Positions 19,463 through 27,279 of a stretch of 64,000 nucleotides of DNA are shown here, piece after piece. The DNA is taken from the NCBI GenBank assembly GCA_019309545.1, contig JAFDGA010000023.1, positions 1,320 to 65,319 on the forward strand, in the 5' to 3' direction. The notes under the pieces are model-generated. The model had not been told where the DNA came from. It saw nothing but the letters and a program-made list of their open reading frames with translations, and did not search any database. A program made the translations under genes and the position numbers. Numbering within the stretch: the first letter of the stretch is position 1; each line of letters starts with the position of its first letter. The stretch is from Deltaproteobacteria bacterium (lineage in GTDB: Bacteria; Desulfobacterota; Desulfobaccia; Desulfobaccales; Desulfobaccaceae).

Positions 19463-22156
19463 TTAGCCTTTTTGAATCTGCACGGCGCAGACCTTGTATT
19501 CCGGGATTTTGGCCACGGGGTCGAAGGCGGCGATGGTGAGTTTGTTGGCCGCGGCCTCGCCATAGTGGAAGGGCACGAAGATGGTGCCGGGAATGGCCTT
19601 GGCCGAGATCTGGGCTTTGGCGGTGATTTCGCCGCGGCGGGAGCGCACCTTGACTCGGTCGCCCTCGCCAATGCCATAGCGGGCGGCATCTTCCGCAGCC
19701 AGCTCCACGAAACACTCCGGGGCCTTTTCCACCAGGCCCGCGGCCCGCCGGCTCATGGTGCCGGTATGATACTGGTACAGCACCCGGCCGGTGGTCAGGG
19801 TCAAAGGATATTCCGCATCAGGCAGCTCGGCCGGTTCGCGATGCTCAATGGCAAAGAACTGGCCGAGGCCGCGGGCGAATTTATCCTTATGGAGATATTT
19901 GGTGCCGGGATGATCGGTGGTGGGGCAGGGCCATTGCAGGCCGCCCTCGGTTTCCAGGCGGGCATAGGTGATGCCGGCATAGGAGGGGGTCACCTGGCGC
20001 AGCTCGTTAAAGATGGCCTCGGCATTGGCATAGTCCATGTCATACCCCAGCCGCCGGGACAGGTCGCAGATAATCTGCCAATCCGGACGCGACTGGCCCA
20101 CCAGGGGAACCGCCCGGCGGATCAGGGCCACCCGGCGCTCGGTATTGCTAAAAGTGCCCTCTTTTTCGGCAAACGAGGCCGCCGGCAACACCACATCGGC
20201 CAACTGCGCGGTCTCGGTCAGAAAGATGTCCTGCACCACCAGAAAATCCAGTTTCTTTAAAGCCGCGACCGCATGGTCGGAGTCGGGATCGGAAATTACC
20301 GGGTTCTCCCCCATGATATACAGGGCTTTGAGCTTGCCTTCGGGTATGGCGGGCAGCATGTCGGTCATGGTCATCCCCACATAATCCGGCAGGCCGGTAA
20401 CCCCCCAAGCATCCTCCATCTTCTTCCGGTTGGCCGGGTCGGTGACCGCCTGGTAGCCGGAGAAGACATTGGGCAGGCCGCCCATGTCGCAGGCCCCCTG
20501 GACATTGTTCTGGCCCCGCAGCGGATTGACGCCGCCGCCTTCAATACCGACATTGCCGCAGAGCATGGCCAGATTGGCCAGGGATTTGACGTTGTCGGTG
20601 CCGACGGTGTGCTGGGTGATGCCCATGGTATAGACGATGGCTGCGGCCGGGGCAGTGGCATAAAGCCGCGCTACCCGGCGCAACTGGTCGGCGGGGACGC
20701 CGCTGATCTGTTCGACATATTCCGGGGTGTATTTGGCCACCGTGGCTTGCAGGGCCTCAAAGCCCTCGGTGCGGGCGGCAATGTAGTCCTTGGCGTGGAG
20801 ATTTTCTTGAATGATGATATTCATCAGGCCATTGATCACCGCGATATCGGTGCCGGGGCGGTGGCGTACCCAGATATTGGCATGCCGTACCAAGTCGATG
20901 CGCCGCGGATCAATGACGATCAAGGTTTTATGCTTCAGGCGGGCTGCCCGTTTGATGCGGGCGGCGATCACCGGATGATTCTCTGTGGTGTTGGAGCCGA
21001 TCACCAGGATACAGTCGGTGTCTTCCAGCTCAGCAATGGAGTTGGTCATGGCTCCGGAGCCAAAGGCGGCGGCCAGACCGGCCACCGTGGAGCTGTGTCA
21101 GAGACGGGCGCAGTGATCGACGTGGTTGGTGCCGATCACCGCCCGCATGAATTTCTGAAACAGGTAGTTTTCTTCGTTGGTGACCCGGGCCGAACACCAG
21201 CCGCCGATCTTGTCGGCCCCGTCTTTTTCCTTGATTTTCTTGAGGCGTTGGGCCACCCGGTCCAGGGCCTCATCCCAACTGGCCTCCCGGAAGCTACCGT
21301 TCTCTTTGATCAACGGCGTGGTGAGGCGGTCGGGATGGTGCACAAAGCCCCAGCCAAAGCGGCCTTTGACGCACAGCCGGCCCTCGTTGGGAACCTCATC
21401 AGCGCCAGTCACCTTGACTATGCGACCGTCCTTGACCTGCAGGTCGATCTGGCAGCCTACCCCGCAATAAGGGCAGGTGGACCGGACCTTAGTACGCTCC
21501 CAGGGCCGCCCCTGAAAGCGGGCCGCCTTGTCCAGCAAGGCCCCTACCGGACAGGCCTGCACGCACTCCCCGCAAAAGACGCAATCGGCGTCGATATAAG
21601 GATAATCTCCGCGGGCGACGATCTTGTTGTGCGAGCCGCGGTAGCCGATGTCGATGGCCAGATTGACCTGGCGCTCGCAACAGGCCCGCACGCAACGGCC
21701 GCACATAACGCACTTGGAAAAATCCCGCACGATCATACTATTATTGTCTTCATAATAATACGCCGTGTCGGGGGGGTTGGCAAAGCTGGGGGTCGGCACC
21801 TGGTAGCGATAGGCCAAGGCCTGCAATTCGCATTCCCCATTGGCTTCACAGATCAGGCAGTTATGATTGCCGGAGGCCAGCAGCAGTTCGATGACCATCT
21901 TGCGGGCCGCGACCACCCGTTCCGACTCGGTCTGAACCACCATGTTGGCGGCGGCCTGGGTGGAGCACGCCGGCAGCAGGGTGCGGGCCCCCTCGACTTC
22001 GACTACGCAGACCCGGCAGGAGCCGGTGGGGGTGGTGCCTTTCAGGTAACACAGGGTGGGGATGTCAATTCCCGCCCCCCGGGCCGCCTCCAGGATGGTC
22101 TGGCCCGGCGTGAATTCTACGGTTTGTCCATTTATACTTAGAGTTGAATTGGCCAT
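19463..22156 (-). CDS. fdhA: formate dehydrogenase alpha subunit, selenocysteine-containing (NuoG-like Fe-S N-terminus plus molybdopterin domain)
   Basis: ORFs 21098-22156 and 19463-21085 are in the same frame and joined by TGA at 21098-21100. The junction reads [28 protein letters not shown], the conserved Sec/Cys active-site context of FDH-H-type enzymes. N-terminus carries 2Fe-2S and 4Fe-4S motifs. Confidence 0.9.
21068..21086 (-). promoter_or_regulatory. SECIS hairpin for Sec insertion in fdhA
   Basis: On the mRNA strand, GGUGGCC-GGUCU-GGCCGCC forms a 7-bp stem with a GGUCU loop. It starts 11 nt after the UGA, which is the spacing and loop type of bacterial fdh SECIS elements. Confidence 0.6.
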
Positions 22157-22349
22157 GCCTCTTGAACCTCCATCTCAAGGTGGGCGAATAACACTATCTG
22201 AGGCTATTAATCCTTTATGCATCTTATATAAGGCAATATGTGAAAGTCAACACATAAATGTCTCAATATTTTATGTCTTTTATGGCATAAACGGGAAGCC
22301 TATATAAAAAAATTGGAAATCTGGAAAGGATTTGGCTTAGATGGGTTGA

Positions 22350-22484
22350 TTACCAGGAAGATGTTGGAGGGAAACCAAGCTTTTCCGATCTGGACGGCGC
22401 AGACCCCCAAGCATCCTCCAGGATGGTCTGGCCCGGCGCAAATTCTACGGTTTGTCCATTTATACTTGGAGTTGAATTGGCCAT
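22350..22484 (-). other. 44-codon upstream ORF created by the fdhA 5' duplication
   Basis: ATG 22484 to TAA 22350-22352 encodes MANSTPSINGQTVEFAPGQTILEDAWGSAPSRSEKLGFPPTSSW. The first 23 residues match FdhA except L6P and T15A. GGAG lies 11 nt upstream. Expression is unknown. Confidence 0.4.
22415..22484 (-). repeat. 70-nt duplicate of the fdhA 5' coding end (original at 22087-22156)
   Basis: Direct comparison gives 67/70 identical bases (differences at 3 positions), same orientation, about 330 nt upstream of the real start. Confidence 0.85.
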
Positions 22485-22915
22485 CGAAGGTCCCACTCCA
22501 TTTGCTATGGGTGGTTAACCCTGGGTTTAGAGCCATTTAAATAAAACGGCAAAAAAACGAAAATCAAAGAAGAGCTTAATCAGGAATGATCATATAGGGC
22601 ACCCCCGGATTAGGCGGGTGGGAAGTTGCGACTCTTACTTTTTTGTCGATTTTGCCATAGGTATCGATAGGTTGCCTTGAAAAGATCATTAATAAGGCTC
22701 AACCGGTTAGGAAAAAGACTTGTAAACCACAAAATATAATAACAGCTGTATTTAAAAAGCTTGACAAATAAATGAATTTTATGGCAAACTACTCCAAAAT
22801 CAAAGCACTACAAGTTGGGAGGTGATATCTGGCGGCAATCCAGTCGAAGGCAGAGATTTGCGCGGCGATGGAGGGTTGGAAGAAATGTAAAGGAACAGTA
22901 ACCAAGGAGGGACAA

Positions 22916-23368
22916 ATGAACAGGAAGTTAATACTGTTGGCAACCTTGATCGGTTTTGTCTTTTGCGCCAGTTTGGCTTTTGCCCAAGCCACCCCCGACG
23001 ATGCCAAAGACTGGGTAGTAAAGGCGGTTGCCTTTTACAAAGCCCAGGGAAAAGATAAGGCGCTGGCGGCATTCAAGGATCCCAAAGGCGATTTTGTCAA
23101 AGACGACCTATATATCTATGTCTTGGATGCCAACGGTAAGATGATCGCCCATATCAATCCGAAATTGATAGGCACAGATTTTCTCACCGTTAAAGATGCT
23201 GACGGCAAGATCTTTGCCAAAGAGATCGTCGAGACCGCCAAGGCCAAAGGTAGCGGTTGGGTGGACTACAAGTGGGCCCACCCCCAGACCAAAAAGGTGG
23301 AACCGAAAACCGTTTATTTTGAAATGGTCGATGATGTAATTATTTGCAGCGGGGCCTATAAGAAATAA
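22916..23368 (+). CDS. secreted single-Cache-like domain protein
   Basis: Start set at ATG 22916 (GGAGGG RBS). Signal peptide MNRKLILLATLIGFVFCASLAFA. Core blocks YIYVLDANGKMIAH and GSGWVDYKWAHP resemble Cache_2/sCache sensor domains, with no transmitter attached. Confidence 0.55.
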   Translation: MNRKLILLATLIGFVFCASLAFAQATPDDAKDWVVKAVAFYKAQGKDKALAAFKDPKGDFVKDDLYIYVLDANGKMIAHINPKLIGTDFLTVKDADGKIFAKEIVETAKAKGSGWVDYKWAHPQTKKVEPKTVYFEMVDDVIICSGAYKK

Positions 23369-23386
23369 GCAATTGTCAAAACTGTG

Positions 23387-23422
23387 GTGGCCGACCGGAA
23401 CAGAGCCGGTTTGGCCACTTTT
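23387..23422 (+). terminator. intrinsic terminator after the Cache-domain gene
   Basis: GTGGCC-g-ACCGG aacagag CCGGT-tt-GGCCAC followed by TTTT. Confidence 0.6.
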
Positions 23423-23631
23423 AAGACCCGAACCCAATTTAACCGGCCTCCGTGGTGGCCCGGAGAAAATATTCCCTCTCCCTCTCCCCAGCTCTGGCAA
23501 ATTAGCAGGCCAGAGAAGTCCTCGGTATTGTGCCCACCAAACCCGGTAGGGGCGGTTTACCCACCGCCCCTCGCCCCCTTTTTTACTTTGGTAAGCCTGG
23601 TGCCCAAAGGGGTCCAGATTTCCCTTTCCCC

Positions 23632-24879
23632 TCAGAGCCGCTGGTCGCGGCTGGCGTCGTAAAATATATTGTCTGGCTCCTGCTGGCCCAGCACCCGGCG
23701 GTAGGCCTCCACCATAAAGCCGGCGATGATCTGGTTGGTCATGATTACCGCGGGATCGGGACGGTACTGGCAAGAGGCCCGGGGGTGCGAGTGGGGGGCC
23801 GTCCGGCGCTGGCGCACGATCTCCGCCAACCCCAGCAGTTCCGCCGGGGTCCGGGTATGGCGGGCCGGATCATAAACCACCACCTGACCGGCGGCGACAT
23901 CGCTGCCGCCGCTGATCAGGATTTTCTGGTGAGCTTTACATAATTCACTCAGAATGATCCTAGTCTCAAAATTATCGACCCCGTCAAAAATTATCTGGTA
24001 CGGGGAGATATCGGTTTCCTGGTCTAAGGCGACCGGGAGGAACCGGCTATTGAGGCCGAACAACCGGTTCAGGCGGGCCGACAGAGCTTGGGCCTTGTTT
24101 TTCCCCAGGCCCTGGGAGAGAAACACCTGGCGGTTTAGATTGGTCATCTCCACCACATCCGCATCCATAAAGGTGAGGTTCGTCGCGCCCAGCAAGGCCA
24201 GCCCCAAGCCGATAAAATTGCCTAAAGCCCCGGCCCCCACCACACAGAGGGGGGGATGGCAGCGCGGGAGCGGCAGTGGCGGTCGCGCATAGGCAATCAC
24301 CTCTGGCGATACCGGCTGCCCCATGAGGATATTCTTGGTCTCTTCCAAGGCCAGCCCGGCAATGATGATGTTTAGCACGTCGTCATCAAAAGGCGCGGCG
24401 GGCAGGTTGCGGGGGGACAGCAACTGCTCCAGTTCCTGCCATTCCCGCCCCTTCAGATAAGTAAAGACCTTGAAGCCTTGCTGATCAGCCTGCTGGTAAG
24501 GGAAGCCGCGGATCACCGGCCGGGGGGCGCGGCCGTCTTGAGCCAGCAATAATTTGTTGGCCAACCCGTACTGACTGAGATCCACCAGCACCTGGCAACC
24601 AGTAAATAGGTCCTCCAGCACCGGGTGGGTGAAGTATCCGGGCAGATGGACCAGGCGCAGGTCAGGATTGACTTGGCGCCCAATGTCGATCAGGTGCGGC
24701 TCCAGACGGGGGGCGATGACTACTAGTTGATTCAGCCCCAGGGCCGCGGCCGACATCACGTACAGCGAGGCCAGGCGATCATCGTCGCCGACCACGCCGA
24801 TCCGGGCCGCCGCAAGTACCGCTTGATTCCAACCCGGGATGCGCAGTTGTCGATCCAGTCTTACCGACGTCGGCCGCAT
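23632..24879 (-). CDS. E1-like (ThiF/MoeB/UBA family) adenylyltransferase with tandem degenerate + active adenylation domains
   Basis: 415 aa. Residues ~205-415 carry the intact motifs VVGAGALGNFIGLGL, TNLNRQ and DNFETR. Residues ~8-200 repeat the E1 N-terminal pattern (RQLRIPGWNQAVLAAARIGVVG), but the glycine loop is replaced by GDDDRLAS. Its ATG overlaps the JAB stop (TAATG). Confidence 0.8.
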   Translation of the reverse strand: MRPTSVRLDRQLRIPGWNQAVLAAARIGVVGDDDRLASLYVMSAAALGLNQLVVIAPRLEPHLIDIGRQVNPDLRLVHLPGYFTHPVLEDLFTGCQVLVDLSQYGLANKLLLAQDGRAPRPVIRGFPYQQADQQGFKVFTYLKGREWQELEQLLSPRNLPAAPFDDDVLNIIIAGLALEETKNILMGQPVSPEVIAYARPPLPLPRCHPPLCVVGAGALGNFIGLGLALLGATNLTFMDADVVEMTNLNRQVFLSQGLGKNKAQALSARLNRLFGLNSRFLPVALDQETDISPYQIIFDGVDNFETRIILSELCKAHQKILISGGSDVAAGQVVVYDPARHTRTPAELLGLAEIVRQRRTAPHSHPRASCQYRPDPAVIMTNQIIAGFMVEAYRRVLGQQEPDNIFYDASRDQRL

Positions 24880-25676
24880 TACAATATTTCCAGCTTTTCC
24901 AGCTTATAGGTGATGGGATTGATTTTTTCCTTGACTTCCCCGGCCAAAGCGGCCAGTTCAACCGGCGTCAGGGACTGGCCATTGTCCACCAGGACGATCT
25001 CGGCGTTTTGGTGGCTCACCGTGGTCTGGCCCGAGAGGATGGCCCGCCGCTTGTAATAGATCTGCTGCTGATGCCAGCCCTCGTCGCCGATGACGATGCC
25101 GTAACTGAACCCACCGTAAATGGTTTCCAGGATCCGGGCTTGGGCCACCGGGACATCAGTAATCAGCGAGACGCTGCCTTGGGCTAAATCGGGCTCGGCG
25201 AACCGGTCGGCCACCAACAGGGTCAAGTCCTTGATCAAAATTTCTTTCTTGGCGATGGGCTTCTTAGAGAGGGCGGTGACATAATCGAGCACAGTGAGGT
25301 GATTCTGCTCATCAATGGCGGAGAAAGCATGGAACTCGAGTTCGCCATGCGAGTGAATCCAGCCGTTGATAAAGCGGTCGGCGGCCAGGGTTTCCTGAAA
25401 AGCGGCGATTTTCTCCGGGTCGATGCTGGTGTACTCCAAGACATTCTGTTCATTTTTGGGCAAGCCGATATCGATAATGAGCTCCGGGTTATCCCGCCGG
25501 GCCAGGGTATAGCCGTACCATTCATAACTGCTGTGGTGGATGGCTCCCACCAATTCGTTGATCTTAAAGGCCTTGGAGCGGGCGTAAGAGGTCATAGGAA
25601 TTTCCTGGGGCAAGGAGTCCAGGATGATCTCTTGCGCCACTGGGCGTTGCAGTTGTGACAGGCTTTTAAATCTCAA
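24879..25676 (-). CDS. JAB/JAMM (MPN+) metallopeptidase
   Basis: 265 aa. WIHSHGELEFHAFSAID (H-x-H-x8-S-x2-D) with a Glu (SSYEWYG) about 56 residues upstream fits the JAMM zinc site. The TTG start overlaps the AAA+ stop (TTGA); an alternative ATG is at 25595. The C-terminal ~125 aa are unassigned. Confidence 0.7.
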   Translation of the reverse strand: MRFKSLSQLQRPVAQEIILDSLPQEIPMTSYARSKAFKINELVGAIHHSSYEWYGYTLARRDNPELIIDIGLPKNEQNVLEYTSIDPEKIAAFQETLAADRFINGWIHSHGELEFHAFSAIDEQNHLTVLDYVTALSKKPIAKKEILIKDLTLLVADRFAEPDLAQGSVSLITDVPVAQARILETIYGGFSYGIVIGDEGWHQQQIYYKRRAILSGQTTVSHQNAEIVLVDNGQSLTPVELAALAGEVKEKINPITYKLEKLEIL

Positions 25677-26776
25677 TTTAATTTCATCCTGACATATCGC
25701 TCATCCACTACCAGCTTGCCAGTATGGCTGCCGGGCAGCCGGAACATATCCTCAAATAACACCCGGTGGATGATACTGATCAGGCCGCGAGCCCCGGTGC
25801 GTTCTTGTTTGGCCCGCTGGGCGATCACCTTCAAGGCATCGTCGACAAAGGTCAGCTCGATGCCCCAGGCCTTGAGGTCGTTGATATAGGCGCGCAGCGG
25901 ACTGTCTTCGCTTCTAATCATGATTTCCTGGAGTTCTTGCGTGGTTAATAAGTCATAGACAATTCTCACCGGAAAGCGGCCCATGAGTTGTCGTTCCATG
26001 CCAAATACTACCAGGTCCTCGGTCAGGAGATGATCCTGCCAATTGCCGCCGAAGCCATGGCGCTCCATCCGTTTTTCGACAATGGCGTCGAGCTTCTCGT
26101 AAACCCCGCCGGCAATGAAAAGCACGTGTTTGGTGGACAGGGTGATTCTTTCCTTGCCCATCTCAATGGTATTTTCCACTCCCTCCACCAGCTTTAAGAG
26201 GCCTTTCTGAACGCCGCGGCCCGATACATCCCGGTAGGCCACGTTCTCAGTGGCGATTTTGTCAACCTCATCGAGATAGACTATGCCCATCTGGGCCAAA
26301 TGAGGGTTGCCGGCGGCGGCGACCAGTAGGTCGGCCAGGATATCGCTGGTGTTCTGTCCGACATAGCCGGTTTCACTGAATTTGGTTAAATCTTCGACCA
26401 CAAAGGGAACCCCCACCAGTCCCGAGGCGGTTTCGCAGGTGTAAGTTTTGCCGCAGCCGGTGGGCCCGATCATTAACAGGTTGGCCTTGGGAGTTCGGGT
26501 GTGGCGCAGGGCGGCGCCGATGTCACCGCCGTCTTCGGCCAACATCTCTTTGAGGGCGTTGCCTAAGCGTTTATAGTGGAAGGCAATGGCGGTGGCGATA
26601 ATCTTCTTGCCTTTTTCCTGGCCGATCACAAACCGATCTAAATGCGCCTTAAAATCAGCCGGGGTTTTATCAAATTCGACGACCTGTTGAATGGCCTCGA
26701 GAGTTTGAGCTTCTCGTTGTTGCTCAATTTTCTCTTTGATCCGCCGCCGGCTTTCCTCTGATAATCTATCAAACAT
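25673..26776 (-). CDS. ClpX-family AAA+ unfoldase paralogue lacking the N-terminal zinc-binding domain
   Basis: 367 aa, collinear with the ClpX AAA+ module. Motifs: FVIGQEKGKK, Walker A GPTGCGKT, pore-1 loop TGYVGQN, Walker B IVYLDEVDK, DVSGRGVQKGLLKLVEG, sensor region TGARGL. There is no C4 zinc finger and no RKH loop. The IGF-loop position is shortened to RHGFGGN. Confidence 0.85.
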   Translation of the reverse strand: MFDRLSEESRRRIKEKIEQQREAQTLEAIQQVVEFDKTPADFKAHLDRFVIGQEKGKKIIATAIAFHYKRLGNALKEMLAEDGGDIGAALRHTRTPKANLLMIGPTGCGKTYTCETASGLVGVPFVVEDLTKFSETGYVGQNTSDILADLLVAAAGNPHLAQMGIVYLDEVDKIATENVAYRDVSGRGVQKGLLKLVEGVENTIEMGKERITLSTKHVLFIAGGVYEKLDAIVEKRMERHGFGGNWQDHLLTEDLVVFGMERQLMGRFPVRIVYDLLTTQELQEIMIRSEDSPLRAYINDLKAWGIELTFVDDALKVIAQRAKQERTGARGLISIIHRVLFEDMFRLPGSHTGKLVVDERYVRMKLN

Positions 26777-26846
26777 AGTTCACCAAATATTGTTTTAGCT
26801 TTGTGTTAAATATTCGTTTATCCGGGATGACCGGCCTTTTCTGGCG

Positions 26847-27278
26847 TTAGGCTCGGCCTGGTCCCCGGAGTCGCTTCCGCTGCCACAGGGTGAGAAAATG
26901 GAAGCGGCCCAGTAGTTCCGGGTTAAGAGCCGGATTTAATTTAAACAGCGGTCCACACAGCAGAATCTCGGCTGGGGAGTGCACGAACTGCAGGTAAGGA
27001 TTGTTGACTGCCGCGATAATTGCCATGGTCACTTGATATTCCGGGGCAGTACCCAGAGCAAACAGCGGAGGTTGGAAAAAAGCTTTGTTTGGCACCGGCT
27101 CGTGTGCAAAGATTTCCACCGGCCACTGCTCTAAGGGCTGATCGAGGAGGGCGACAAAGCTGTTCCCCAAGCCATAGGCCTTTACTAAAGTGCATATTCT
27201 GGTAAAAAGGCTGCATTGAAAAGGCGGTTTGTTTTTTCTCTGCGCCCTTTCCCCTCTTATTTGCTGCAATAGGGCCAT
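26847..27278 (-). CDS. hypothetical protein (operon-embedded, 143 aa)
   Basis: Its ATG lies 1 nt after the stop of the upstream 384-aa ORF (TGAtATG). I recognise no motif. Coding is inferred from the tight coupling within the cassette. Confidence 0.5.
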   Translation of the reverse strand: MALLQQIRGERAQRKNKPPFQCSLFTRICTLVKAYGLGNSFVALLDQPLEQWPVEIFAHEPVPNKAFFQPPLFALGTAPEYQVTMAIIAAVNNPYLQFVHSPAEILLCGPLFKLNPALNPELLGRFHFLTLWQRKRLRGPGRA

Positions 27279-27279
27279 A

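Noticed and set aside
21098-21100. TGA splitting fdhA, read as a nonsense mutation or pseudogene
   Set aside because: The codon sits exactly at the conserved Sec/Cys active-site position (CARL-U-HSS) and is followed by a SECIS-like hairpin at the canonical spacing. I interpret it as selenocysteine.
19415-22141. Two very long plus-strand ORFs (281 aa and 622 aa) antisense to fdhA
   Set aside because: They lie entirely inside a gene with unmistakable FDH motifs on the other strand. Their translations are low-complexity Gly/Ala/Arg/His-rich strings typical of antisense frames in GC-rich coding DNA, and they have no RBS.
25673-26776. The AAA+ gene as the housekeeping clpX
   Set aside because: It lacks the N-terminal zinc finger and RKH loop, has no adjacent clpP or tig, and is translationally coupled to JAB and E1 genes. 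It is more likely a specialised paralogue. This cannot be proven without the rest of the genome.
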